Of a stretch of 64,000 bases of DNA, positions 1 to 9,604 are shown one piece after another (position 1 is the stretch's first letter; the number at the start of each line of letters is the position of its first letter). This stretch comes from an uncultured bacterium. Lineage in GTDB: Bacteria; Patescibacteriota; Minisyncoccia; UBA6257; 2-01-FULL-56-20. The stretch covers positions 720,619-784,618 of the forward strand of contig CAVOJZ010000002.1 in assembly GCA_963696395.1 (NCBI GenBank). Reading direction: 5' to 3'. Position numbers and translations under genes: made by a program. Under the pieces are notes generated by a model. The model saw nothing but the letters and a program-made list of their open reading frames with translations. It was not told the DNA's origin and made no database searches.

Positions 1-210
1 ACGGTCGGACAGTTGGGAGGTGGCGTCACGGGCGGCGAGGTGCTTACGTTGGGAAATCCATTTAGCGGCTGGATCTCGGATTATTATGGACAGCAGGGTA
101 AGACGGTTTATGCAAGCGCCTTCAACGGCGTCGTCTGGCCGGATGGCAAGACATACACGGCAACCGCTGTGTATCCAACAATGCCCATTAGCAAGATCCA
201 GGGCGATTAA
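1..210 (+). CDS. 3' end of an upstream gene (C-terminal fragment, hypothetical protein)
   Basis: Open frame runs in from the window edge and stops at 210. A rho-independent terminator follows at 219..248. Confidence 0.4.
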   Translation, partial: TVGQLGGGVTGGEVLTLGNPFSGWISDYYGQQGKTVYASAFNGVVWPDGKTYTATAVYPTMPISKIQGD

Positions 211-218
211 TACAATAA

Positions 219-248
219 AAAGCGGCCCCGTCCGGGGCTGTTTTTTAT
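219..248 (+). terminator. rho-independent terminator
   Basis: GCCCC/GGGGC stem with a 4-nt loop, followed by TGTTTTTT. Confidence 0.6.
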
Positions 249-342
249 TGCGCAACATTGCGAACGCTATTTTCGTATTTATAGAACATCGACGTTACTG
301 CTCGGGACGTGGTACGCTTATGAAATAATTTATTAAAAATGC

Positions 343-1323
343 ATGGCCTCAATCGTTGAGACAATAGATTTACGCAAAACCTTTCCTTCGCGCGGGAAAG
401 GGAAGAGCGCGCCTGTTGAGGCGGTGCGCGGGATAAACTTCGAGGTTTCGAAGGGCGAAATTTTCGGACTTCTTGGTCCGAATGGCGCCGGGAAAACAAC
501 GACGATGCGTATGCTCTGCACTCTGCTCGCGCCGACGAGTGGGAGTGTGAAAATTGCCGGTTATGAACTTGCGAGCCATCAGGCGGAGATCAGGAATCAA
601 ATCGGCTATGTAAGCCAGGTCGGCGGCATGCAAAGGGAAGCTACGGGAAGAGAAAATATCCTCTTACAGGCAAAGCTGTATGGCATGAGCAAGGCGGAAG
701 CGGAAACAAGAGTCGCCGAGCTGTTAGATCTTCTTCAGTTGGATACGTTCGCCGACCGCAAGACCGTCACATATTCCGGCGGCCAGCGGCGCATTTTTGA
801 TCTTGCCTCGGGCATCGTTCACCGCCCGCAGCTTTTATTCCTCGACGAACCGTCAACCGGACTCGATCCGCAAAACCGGGCACATGTTTGGGAGCAGGTG
901 AAAAAACTTTACGAGCAGGGGACGACGGTTTTTCTAACAACGCATTATCTTGATGAGGCGGACGCCCTTTGTGACAGAGTCGCTATTGTTGACCACGGAA
1001 CGATCGTTGCAATGGGGAGCCCGGACGAACTCAAGCGCCAGATTGCAGGGGACATCGTGACGCTCGGGTTCGGTGGGAATGATATCGCAACCAAAACCGT
1101 GGAAATTTTGAAAGACAGCACTTTCATCCGGGAATCGCATATAAACGAAGAAACCGTGCAGCTCTATGTTGACCGTGGCGATGAAAATCTCCCAGTCGTA
1201 ATGAAGACGCTGAATCAAAATAATATTACGATCAAAACGATCCAGCTTTCCCGTCCAACGCTCGATGATGTTTTCCTTAAATTGACCGGCAGAAGCCTTC
1301 GCGAAACCGGCGGGCCGCAATAA
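343..1323 (+). CDS. ABC transporter ATP-binding protein (ABC-2/DrrA-like)
   Basis: Walker A GPNGAGKTT, ABC signature YSGGQRR and Walker B LLFLDEPSTGLD. It is directly followed by a permease gene. Confidence 0.9.
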   Translation: MASIVETIDLRKTFPSRGKGKSAPVEAVRGINFEVSKGEIFGLLGPNGAGKTTTMRMLCTLLAPTSGSVKIAGYELASHQAEIRNQIGYVSQVGGMQREATGRENILLQAKLYGMSKAEAETRVAELLDLLQLDTFADRKTVTYSGGQRRIFDLASGIVHRPQLLFLDEPSTGLDPQNRAHVWEQVKKLYEQGTTVFLTTHYLDEADALCDRVAIVDHGTIVAMGSPDELKRQIAGDIVTLGFGGNDIATKTVEILKDSTFIRESHINEETVQLYVDRGDENLPVVMKTLNQNNITIKTIQLSRPTLDDVFLKLTGRSLRETGGPQ

Positions 1324-1331
1324 TAACGACT

Positions 1332-2099
1332 ATGAATAAATTACTTCGCGACACCTATCTCATCGGTAAAAACGAATTGCTCATCCAGGTCCGTAATCCG
1401 TTATGGCTGTTCTTTGGTCTATTTCAGCCGATTGTGTATCTTGCGCTGTTTTCACCGTTTTTGAGTGGCATCGCAAGTTCACCGGGCTTCCCAACGGGTA
1501 ATGCCATCCAATTTTTCGCTCCAGGACTTCTCATCATGAACGTGCTTTTCGGTGCGGCTTTTGCCGGTTTCGGGCTGATTGATCAGCTCCGTTCGGGATT
1601 CATCGAACGGGTGCGGGTCACTCCCGTATCACGCCTTGCGATCGTACTTGGCCTCGTCCTTCGGAGCCCCGTTGTTCTCCTCGTGCAAAGCGCCATTCTT
1701 CTTTTGGTCGCCATAATTTTTTTCGGCTTGCAGGTGAGCGTGAGCGGTATTCTCATCCTTGCCGTGCTTTTGTGTATTATCGGCATTACGATGGCATCGC
1801 TTTCCTTTACCATCGCACTGCTCACCAAAGAAGAAGGAACGCTCGCCGCCGTCACCAACTTTTTCACGTTGCCGTTGCTTTTGCTCTCGGGAGTCATGCT
1901 TCCGCTCACGTTCGCGCCGAATATTATTCGGAATATTGCCCAATATGACCCCTTCACCTACGCTGTGAATGCCTCGCGCTCACTCGTGAACGGTTTGCTT
2001 CACGACTCATCAATCGTGACGTCCTATATCGTCTTTATAATCCTTTGCATCGCCGCACTTGCGTGGTTTATAAGGTCTATGCGTGAAGCGGTGGCGTAG
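1332..2099 (+). CDS. ABC-2 type transporter permease
   Basis: 255-aa polytopic hydrophobic protein with about six TM segments, 8 nt downstream of the ABC ATPase. Confidence 0.8.
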   Translation: MNKLLRDTYLIGKNELLIQVRNPLWLFFGLFQPIVYLALFSPFLSGIASSPGFPTGNAIQFFAPGLLIMNVLFGAAFAGFGLIDQLRSGFIERVRVTPVSRLAIVLGLVLRSPVVLLVQSAILLLVAIIFFGLQVSVSGILILAVLLCIIGITMASLSFTIALLTKEEGTLAAVTNFFTLPLLLLSGVMLPLTFAPNIIRNIAQYDPFTYAVNASRSLVNGLLHDSSIVTSYIVFIILCIAALAWFIRSMREAVA

Positions 2100-2135
2100 G
2101 GTTGTTAATCCTGGCAGGAAGTATACTATGACAGT

Positions 2136-2900
2136 ATGGATTTGCTCACCTATGTCGTTATTCTCATACTTATCTACCTGCTCGCGGGGATCAAGGTGAT
2201 CAACGAATACCAACGCGCTGTGGTTTTTCGGCTTGGGCGCCTTGCTGGAAATCGCGGTCCGGGACTCATCTATGTGTTGCCCATCTTTGAACGCATGGTG
2301 CGCGTCGGTCTTCGGACGGTCACCATGAATATCCCTTCGCAGAAAATCATCACGAAGGATAACGTTTCAATTGATATCGCTGCTGTTGCTTATTACCACG
2401 TCGTTGATTCACAGCGTGCCGTTGTCGCGATCGAAAATGTGCACGATGCCGTGAATCAGATCAGTCAGACAACCGTTCGCAACGTGGTCGGGCAGTTCAT
2501 GCTTGATCAATTTCTCTCGCAGACTGTTGATATCAACGAAAAAATAAAAAATGTCATTGACGTCCACACGGAACCGTGGGGGATTCAGGTGACTGCGGTT
2601 GAAATTAAAGACGTTATTCTTCCCGACAACATGCAACGAGCGATGGCGAAAGAAGCCGAAGCCGAGCGTGAGCGGCGGGCAAAGATTGTCGCCGCACAAG
2701 GCGAGTTTCAGGCAGCGGAAAAACTGGGGCAGGCGGCCGATATCATCGCAACCCATCCGGTAGCTCTCCAGCTTCGAACGCTCCAAACCATGGCGGAAAT
2801 TGCGACGGAAAAGAATTCGACCATCATTTTCCCCGCTCAGTTTATGACGACCGTTAAAGAAGCTCTTGAAACTATTCAGCAGGACAGGAAGAGTAAATAG
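2136..2900 (+). CDS. SPFH/band-7 (stomatin/prohibitin-like) membrane protein
   Basis: N-terminal TM segment, then stomatin-like core (QRAVVFRLGR...PGLIYVLP) and a C-terminal coiled coil (EAEAERERRAKIVAAQGE). Confidence 0.85.
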   Translation: MDLLTYVVILILIYLLAGIKVINEYQRAVVFRLGRLAGNRGPGLIYVLPIFERMVRVGLRTVTMNIPSQKIITKDNVSIDIAAVAYYHVVDSQRAVVAIENVHDAVNQISQTTVRNVVGQFMLDQFLSQTVDINEKIKNVIDVHTEPWGIQVTAVEIKDVILPDNMQRAMAKEAEAERERRAKIVAAQGEFQAAEKLGQAADIIATHPVALQLRTLQTMAEIATEKNSTIIFPAQFMTTVKEALETIQQDRKSK

Positions 2901-2909
2901 ACAGAGCCT

Positions 2910-5207
2910 CTATTGCAGGGAAACGACAAACAGGTCTTCTCTCTGGCAGTTCATATTTTTAAGGCCGTTAGGGGGATTTGCGCAGCCGTTTTTTCCTGAA
3001 GCAGTTATGCTATCCAAGCAAGCCGTTGACCCATTTGTGCAACCAAGCGTAAGGTTCCAATCGGATGGGAAGATGGCAAATCTTCCATTCGGACTCACGC
3101 TGCCAATTGCGTTTTGACCGTCAAAGTTCCAGTTCGTTCCGGTGTTAAAAGTGTGTGCAAAACGATATAAGCAACCGGTCGTGTCCATTCCGTTTCCATA
3201 ATTACAGTCTGTATAGGTCGGATGCGCTATTGCGTTCTCGACCCCAACGATTTCATCGTAGAGTGGTCCCGTATATTCCGAATCGCACGGGGAACTGCCC
3301 GCACCGCTAGCTTGATCGCAAACGTTGGTTGTGAAGAAAAATACAGGCTGATCATCGTCTGTGTCAACGTTGTTGTAGCTCCCATGATTGTCGCCCGGCA
3401 TGGTTATTGTGATGAGTGCACCGAGAGGGTTCCAGGGGGCTTCATAACTAAATGCTTGGCCATAGTGACCGCGGTATCGATACACGTAGCCATCTGCTCC
3501 GTGTCCCTCCGGCAGATCCGGGCGGATGTTCGTGGTAGCGACCTCCCAGGTATAACTCTCGCAGAGACCAGTTGTCGTCTTTCCCCAGCACGAAACGTTT
3601 TCAGGGGTCGTCGTTGTGTCGGGAGATCCGGAAACGCTGGAGTAGAGAGGATCGTCATCAACCGAGGAGTCATGAATATACTGGGTATCGGGCAGCTGGG
3701 CACCCCCGGAGATGCCGATCTGAGTAATTCCAGCGCCATTGGTTACTGCTCCTGTTGCACCCCAGTCGCCCCATATGGTCATAGGTCCGATAGCGGGCTG
3801 GGATCCGTTTAGGCCATAAATCTGGCCGGGTCCGGTGTCGCTTGCGTTGCCATAGGTGTCGAGGACGCGACATCCTTTCCCCACGGTATAGTTTGCGATG
3901 ATAGTTGCGCCATATGGGTGAGCCACACCCTTTTTATCTGTTCCACGGGAGCCATTCTGCCCGTTGTCACTGAGGCCGAACTGAAAGGACTGATCACCAT
4001 CCGAAACCTGGAAGGTCCCGGCCCAATTGGGGAAGAAATCGTTGGTCGGAAGGCAGTTTGAACTGTCGGTGATAAAGTTAAACAACTTTGTCCTTGTGAG
4101 TGTCCACGTGGACGGAGCTCCGCTGTCATTCAAGGTTAGTTTGTTAATCTGGATAAATGGCTGGCCGGTTGATGTGGTTATGGTTCCATAATCTAACTCA
4201 TAAAGAATATTCGGGTACACGGTTGAAAACGCCACATGACCGCTTGCAAAAGTGGTGGCGGATCCATGAGAACTGCTACCGCCAATATCAGTTACCGTTG
4301 CGGTCATATTTGAATCATTCGAAAAAGCAAAGAGATTAAGACCGCCTCCGCCAGAACTTGCTGCCAAGAATTTTGTATCATCTGCAGACCACCAATTATT
4401 TTCTCCGTTATCACTCATACTGAACGAAAGACCCACCGTGCTTGCCATCGAATAATCGGTAAGGCGACAGATTTTCGAACCGAAATCTGGGTCGTTTATG
4501 CAATCGCCAGCTCCATAGAGACCTCCCATGCTTGGAGCGGTATCGATAGGCACATAGGAACCGTCGGAAGAGCTGGTATTTCTACCCATGAAGGAGAGAG
4601 GGGAATCCGGTTGGCCTGGAGGATTTGTGCAAGGCCGACCGCCGGGATTTGTTGACGTGCTGGTTTCGCAAAGATCGGTGCGGGCGCAAGTATATTTATA
4701 TGGTTGGGATGAGCCGTTGTACGAGCACGATCCTCCGCCCCCCCCACTCAGTTCAAATTCCTGCAATCTCCAATATCCTGCGTTGCAAGTCGTACTGCTC
4801 GGTCCCGTAAAGCATTTTTGGCCCGCGTTATACGTCCAGTCCCATTCAGCAAGATAAATATTCCCCGAAGGAAGCTCTGACAACTGGCTACCCGCGATGG
4901 TATAGGTTGCGGTACTCGTTGAATATCCTTTCTTGAATACCCCCGCAAAGGTTGAGGTTGCCCAATAACTACCGTTGTAGATATAAAAGCTTTGACTGAT
5001 GTATTGGTTTGCGCCTGGGGTTGCGGTGACCGTTATAGATCCGGATGGAGTGGTTGACGTCGGCGTTACGCTGAAAACCGGGCATGGGTTGGTGAATCCT
5101 GATGGCAAAAAAGCTGGATTGGTGCAGGCATGAGCGGTCAGGCTACCGACGGAGAAACCGGCAAAAATTAGTATGGTAAAAAATAGTAGCCTTAAGCGTA
5201 TAAGCAT
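2910..5207 (-). CDS. large secreted Cys/Ser/Thr/Gly-rich protein, function unknown
   Basis: N-terminal signal peptide MLIRLRLLFFTILIFAGFSVGSLTAHA. 765 aa with many Cys and low-complexity S/T/G segments. Divergent from 5278. Confidence 0.7.
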   Translation of the reverse strand: MLIRLRLLFFTILIFAGFSVGSLTAHACTNPAFLPSGFTNPCPVFSVTPTSTTPSGSITVTATPGANQYISQSFYIYNGSYWATSTFAGVFKKGYSTSTATYTIAGSQLSELPSGNIYLAEWDWTYNAGQKCFTGPSSTTCNAGYWRLQEFELSGGGGGSCSYNGSSQPYKYTCARTDLCETSTSTNPGGRPCTNPPGQPDSPLSFMGRNTSSSDGSYVPIDTAPSMGGLYGAGDCINDPDFGSKICRLTDYSMASTVGLSFSMSDNGENNWWSADDTKFLAASSGGGGLNLFAFSNDSNMTATVTDIGGSSSHGSATTFASGHVAFSTVYPNILYELDYGTITTSTGQPFIQINKLTLNDSGAPSTWTLTRTKLFNFITDSSNCLPTNDFFPNWAGTFQVSDGDQSFQFGLSDNGQNGSRGTDKKGVAHPYGATIIANYTVGKGCRVLDTYGNASDTGPGQIYGLNGSQPAIGPMTIWGDWGATGAVTNGAGITQIGISGGAQLPDTQYIHDSSVDDDPLYSSVSGSPDTTTTPENVSCWGKTTTGLCESYTWEVATTNIRPDLPEGHGADGYVYRYRGHYGQAFSYEAPWNPLGALITITMPGDNHGSYNNVDTDDDQPVFFFTTNVCDQASGAGSSPCDSEYTGPLYDEIVGVENAIAHPTYTDCNYGNGMDTTGCLYRFAHTFNTGTNWNFDGQNAIGSVSPNGRFAIFPSDWNLTLGCTNGSTACLDSITASGKNGCANPPNGLKNMNCQREDLFVVSLQ

Positions 5208-5277
5208 GAATTAATTATAACATTTATCACTTATCAACAGGTAGCTGGGTCTATAAATATGGCCTATAATAGATATT

Positions 5278-7878
5278 ATGAAGCGCATGCCAAAGAAGAT
5301 CGGTTTCGGAATGGCTTTCGGGGCATTAGCTTTCCTTTTCTTAGTTTCTAAATCATTTGCACAGGTTCCGCCGGGCGGTCCGCCTCCTTCGCCCGATCAA
5401 ACACCCCCAACGGCAACCACGACCTATCCGGTTAATAACCAGACGGTTTCTTCGACTATTACAATTTCAGGAACGGCGGCTGACGACGTAGCCGTTGCAT
5501 CAGTGGCAGTTTCGATTGATGGCGGGGCATATGCTAATGCATCTGGGACGACGGCTTGGACTTATGTTTGGAACACGACGAGCGTCGCGAACGGTTCTCA
5601 CACCATTGAAGCTCAAGCAATTGACACTTCGGGAAATACAGGTCTTGCGCCGGTCGTAACGGTTAATGTCAGTAATTCCGGTGGAGGCGGCACTCAACCA
5701 CCGACAGCGCCTACAAACCTTGCAGTTACGGGGACGACCACGAGTACGGTTTCTCTCGGCTGGACTGCATCCAACGCGGGAACCTATCCGATCGCAGGAT
5801 ATCAGGTGTTCCGTTGTACGGGCGTATGCACACCGAGCGTGCAGGTTGCAACTTCAACCGGTACCGGTACGATGTTCACCGACGTTGGCCTTGCAGCGTC
5901 AACGACCTATTCATATTCAATAGACGCTTACGATACTCACGGCAACGTAGGCAGTAAGTCGTCGGTGGTTCAAGGAACAACAAGAGCATCATCAGATACC
6001 CAGCCTCCCACGGTTTCAATTACATATCCAACGAGCGGCGCCACGGTGTCTTCGACGATTACGGTAACGGCTACCGCTTCGGACAATGTCGGTGTGGTGA
6101 AAGTTGAGTTTTATCTCGATGGATTTTTGCAGTTTAGTACCACCACCCCACCTTATTATTGGATCTGGGATACTACGTCAACCGCAAACGGTTCTCATAC
6201 TCTTTCCGCCAAAGCCTACGATGCCGCAGGCAATGTTGGCACGAGTGCCGATGTTCCGATTACGGTAAATAACCCCGACACTCAGCCGCCGAGCGATCCA
6301 ACAAATTTGGCAGTTACGGGCGTCACAACGTCAACGATTTCACTCAGCTGGACGGCAAGCGTTGATAATGTTGGCGTAACCGGTTATAAGATCTATCGTT
6401 GCGGAGGCGTTTGTATTCCAAGCACCCAGATCGGCACAGCGACGGCGACCGCATTCACCGACGTCGGCCTTGCAGCCTCAACAACCTACAGCTACGCTGT
6501 TTCAGCTTATGATGCCGCCGGCAATAATTCCGGTAAGTCGAACGTGGTGAGCGGTTCCACAAAGTTTTTAGATCTTCAGCCTCCAACGGTCAGCATGACC
6601 GCGCCGGCAAATAACTCAACGGTGTCGAGCACGGTCACTCTGTCGGCGACTGCGTCGGATAATGTCGGTGTCGCATCCGTTCAGTTTAAGATCGACGGAA
6701 CGCTTGTTGGGTCGCCGATTACAACATCACCATATAACTATGCTTGGGATTCTCGGACGGTTGCGAACGGTAATCACGCCATCACCGCTCTTGCGATAGA
6801 CACTTCCGGTAACCAGGCAACTTCTGCGCCGGTAAACGTAACGGTAACGAACGTGTCTTCAACCGACACACAGCCTCCGACAACGCCGACCAATCTTGTC
6901 GTCACCGGCGTTACAACTTCCACAATTTCATTGAGTTGGAACCCCAGCATGGACAATGTGGGAGTCGCCGGCTACAAAGTCTTTCGGAATGGTACGCAGG
7001 TTGGAACGCCAAGCGCGACCTCCTTCACGGATATTGGCCTCGCAGCTTCAACGACTTACACGTACACGGTGAGCGCATTCGATGCTGCCGGCAATAATTC
7101 ATCGTCTTCTGCGCCGGTCTCCGGAACGACTTTGCCAATTAACGACCTTATTCCGCCGAGCGTAACCATTACGTATCCGACAAACAATCAGACGGTAGCA
7201 GGATCTTTCACGGTCTCCGGCACCGCCTCGGACAATGTCGGCGTTTCCTCGGTTCAGATTTCAATCGATGGCGGTACATATCAGGCCGCCCAAGGGACAA
7301 CTTCATGGACGTATCAACTCGATACCACGACGCTTGGCAATGGCAATCATACGATCACTGCAGAGGCAACCGATCTCGCTGGTAACACAAATTCTACGGC
7401 GGTGCTTATTACCGTGGACAACGGCAATGGCAACGGAGGAGGTTGCGAGGAGAACTGTGGTGGCGGCAACGGCAACGGAGGAGGCAATGGTTCGGGGGGC
7501 GGTGGCGGCGCGGGTTCCGGGACCGGCAGCGGGACTGGGACGGGTTCCGGAACCGGTGGCTCTCTTTCTCAGCTTCTTCAAACCCTTCTCGCAGAACTCC
7601 AGGCTCTTATTTCCCAATTAAACACGCAGATCGTCGCAACGCTCACAAGGAATCTCACGATCGGATCTCGCGGAACCGACGTCCAGAATCTCCAGGTCTT
7701 CCTGAACGACAATGGCTATCAAATCTCCACGGCTGGTGCTGGTTCGCCGGGTTACGAATCAACTTACTTCGGTGCCAAGACAGCTGCGGCGCTTGCCAAA
7801 TGGCAAAAAGCGAATGGACTTCCTGACACCGGATTCTTTGGTCCTCTAACTCGGAAGTTTATGGAGGCTAATTGGTGA
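5278..7878 (+). CDS. secreted repeat protein with four bacterial Ig-like/FN3 pairs and a C-terminal peptidoglycan-binding domain
   Basis: Signal peptide. The unit (Ig-like ...SSTITISGTAADDVAV... followed by FN3-like PTNLAVTG..TTSTVSL.WTAS...YKVFR) recurs four times. A Gly/Asn linker (GNGNGGG...GSGTGSGTG) precedes a PG_binding_1-like tail (GSRGTDVQNLQVFLNDNGY...AALAKWQKANGLPDTGFFGPLT). Confidence 0.8.
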   Translation: MKRMPKKIGFGMAFGALAFLFLVSKSFAQVPPGGPPPSPDQTPPTATTTYPVNNQTVSSTITISGTAADDVAVASVAVSIDGGAYANASGTTAWTYVWNTTSVANGSHTIEAQAIDTSGNTGLAPVVTVNVSNSGGGGTQPPTAPTNLAVTGTTTSTVSLGWTASNAGTYPIAGYQVFRCTGVCTPSVQVATSTGTGTMFTDVGLAASTTYSYSIDAYDTHGNVGSKSSVVQGTTRASSDTQPPTVSITYPTSGATVSSTITVTATASDNVGVVKVEFYLDGFLQFSTTTPPYYWIWDTTSTANGSHTLSAKAYDAAGNVGTSADVPITVNNPDTQPPSDPTNLAVTGVTTSTISLSWTASVDNVGVTGYKIYRCGGVCIPSTQIGTATATAFTDVGLAASTTYSYAVSAYDAAGNNSGKSNVVSGSTKFLDLQPPTVSMTAPANNSTVSSTVTLSATASDNVGVASVQFKIDGTLVGSPITTSPYNYAWDSRTVANGNHAITALAIDTSGNQATSAPVNVTVTNVSSTDTQPPTTPTNLVVTGVTTSTISLSWNPSMDNVGVAGYKVFRNGTQVGTPSATSFTDIGLAASTTYTYTVSAFDAAGNNSSSSAPVSGTTLPINDLIPPSVTITYPTNNQTVAGSFTVSGTASDNVGVSSVQISIDGGTYQAAQGTTSWTYQLDTTTLGNGNHTITAEATDLAGNTNSTAVLITVDNGNGNGGGCEENCGGGNGNGGGNGSGGGGGAGSGTGSGTGTGSGTGGSLSQLLQTLLAELQALISQLNTQIVATLTRNLTIGSRGTDVQNLQVFLNDNGYQISTAGAGSPGYESTYFGAKTAAALAKWQKANGLPDTGFFGPLTRKFMEANW

Positions 7879-8858
7879 CATTGATTTCGCCAATGAAAAA
7901 ATATTTAATCGGATGTTGTGCGGCAGCCGCTCTCGCGATCCCTCTCTTTGTAAATGCCGCACAGATCTATCTCGACCCCGCAACGGGAAAATTCCCTCCG
8001 GGAGTAACGTTTGCGGTTGATGTCCGCTTAGATAACCAAAACCAATGCATAAACGCGGCGGAAGTGGATCTTTCGTATCCTCCGAGTATGCTTCAGGCGG
8101 TCGGCGCAAGCGACGGTGATTCAATTTTTTCTTTATGGGTGAAGCCGCCGACGATATACTCCGACTATGGTCTTGTATCGTTTGTTGGGGGATTACCGGG
8201 TGGTTACTGCGGCCGCGTTTCCGGAGATCCAAGCTTGAGCAATAAACTTGCAACCATCTATTTCCGTTTTCCAACGTCAAGCTCGCCGGTTGCTTCGACA
8301 ACCATTCTTCAAAGCGTCCACCTTTCTTTCATTAGCAGCACGCAAGCCGTGGTTGACGATGGCCTCGGCACATTTGCCGTTTTGAAGACGGGTGGAGCAA
8401 CCTATACGCCACAAGCGTTGAAAGGCCAGTACGTTTCGCTGAATGCTCTGAATGATGCGATCGTGGACGATACGACACCACCGGAGCCATTCACGGTGGG
8501 CATCTATCGGGATCCATCACTTTTTAGCAACCAATGGTTTGCGGTGTTTTCGACCGTAGATAAGCAAACCGGTATTGACCATTATGACGTTGCCGAAGTT
8601 CCAATTCCGCAATTAAGTCAGGATCAGAGCCAATGGAATTGGGTTCGCGCCGTCAGCCCGTACCTCATCAAAAACCAAAATCTGAACGAGGTGATCGCTG
8701 TACGCGCAGTAGACGTTGCCGGGAATACCCGGGTTGAGCAATCAACGCCACCGCCGGCGCCAAAACTTAACAACTGGCAGATGGCAATACTTCCATACCT
8801 GGCAATCATTGGAGTCGCAGGCTTCACGATCTTCCAGATCATCATTCACCTCTTCTGA
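7872..8858 (+). CDS. membrane-anchored cohesin-like domain protein
   Basis: Signal peptide. The N-terminal domain (IYLDPATGKFPPGVTFAVDVRL...SIFSLWVKPP...) is homologous to the cohesin-like domain of 23408..25186. A C-terminal TM helix is present (AILPYLAIIGVAGFTIFQIIIHLF). Confidence 0.6.
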   Translation: MVTLISPMKKYLIGCCAAAALAIPLFVNAAQIYLDPATGKFPPGVTFAVDVRLDNQNQCINAAEVDLSYPPSMLQAVGASDGDSIFSLWVKPPTIYSDYGLVSFVGGLPGGYCGRVSGDPSLSNKLATIYFRFPTSSSPVASTTILQSVHLSFISSTQAVVDDGLGTFAVLKTGGATYTPQALKGQYVSLNALNDAIVDDTTPPEPFTVGIYRDPSLFSNQWFAVFSTVDKQTGIDHYDVAEVPIPQLSQDQSQWNWVRAVSPYLIKNQNLNEVIAVRAVDVAGNTRVEQSTPPPAPKLNNWQMAILPYLAIIGVAGFTIFQIIIHLF

Positions 8859-8927
8859 AAATAACGCCCATATTATTGAGAACAAGAGTGAGCAACAAAA
8901 AAACACCGGAAAAGCGGTGTTTTTTCT

Positions 8928-9398
8928 TTAATCCATTCGAACCTCCAGCTTCCTCGATTTATTTCGGTTGGTTTTTGGCATTTTCACCGAAAGGATGCCG
9001 TTCTTAAACTTAACACTGGCTAATTCGGGGTTTACCTCCTCGGGAAGGATGATAGAACGCGTAAATTTGCCCCAATAGCATTCCTGGTGGAGATACTCGG
9101 CATCGGTGCCTTCGGTTTCCCTGCGGCGAAGCCCTTTTATTGAAATAGAATCCGGGCTGACGTTAACGTCTATGTCCTCGGGTCGCGCGCCCGCAATAGC
9201 CGATTCAACGACGATATCGTTTGGGGTGTGGTAGATGTCCACTGTAAGCTGGCCAATCGGCCCTTCTTGCTCCTCGGGAGCGGTTTTCCCGGGCTCAGGG
9301 ATTACAAGCGCCGATTTGGCAAGATCAATCTTATATTCGGGGTCTTCCACATTGGATTTTCCGGAAGCAAGCCTTCTGAAAAACGAAAGATTGTCCAT
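8928..9398 (-). CDS. Hsp20/alpha-crystallin family small heat shock protein
   Basis: Alpha-crystallin domain motifs: VDIYHT.NDIVVESAIAGARPEDIDV.V..DSISIKG ... FTRSIILPEEV.PELASVKFKNGILSVKMPK. Confidence 0.85.
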   Translation of the reverse strand: MDNLSFFRRLASGKSNVEDPEYKIDLAKSALVIPEPGKTAPEEQEGPIGQLTVDIYHTPNDIVVESAIAGARPEDIDVNVSPDSISIKGLRRRETEGTDAEYLHQECYWGKFTRSIILPEEVNPELASVKFKNGILSVKMPKTNRNKSRKLEVRMD

Positions 9399-9604
9399 AT
9401 GCAGTTAATTATAGGGTAGTGCCTGCGCAGCCGCAAGAATTAAGGTGTGGATTGCTCAAGCTCAGTTATTTGAGGCAAGGCTTCATTTTTTTGTCGATAT
9501 TATTTCTAGCAGAACAATTTATCCACAGGCAGTCAAATTTTAGCCATGTATAATGAATTCAGGTAACTCGGCAGTCGAGTTTTGGCAAATATCGCCCCTC
9601 GAGA

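Noticed and set aside
7425-7560. Possible CRISPR-like or minisatellite array suggested by the repetitive GGCAACGGAGGAGG / GGTTCCGGGACCGGC units.
   Set aside because: The repeats are short, imperfect and in-frame GGN/GGT-NNC codons inside a CDS. They encode Gly/Asn/Ser/Thr linkers. There is no repeat-spacer periodicity and no cas gene.
9399-9604. CIRCE/HAIR-type heat-shock operator upstream of the Hsp20 gene 8928..9398.
   Set aside because: No TTAGCACTC-N9-GAGTGCTAA or similar long inverted repeat is present. Only a weak imperfect repeat (TTGCTCAA…TTGAGGCAA) was seen.
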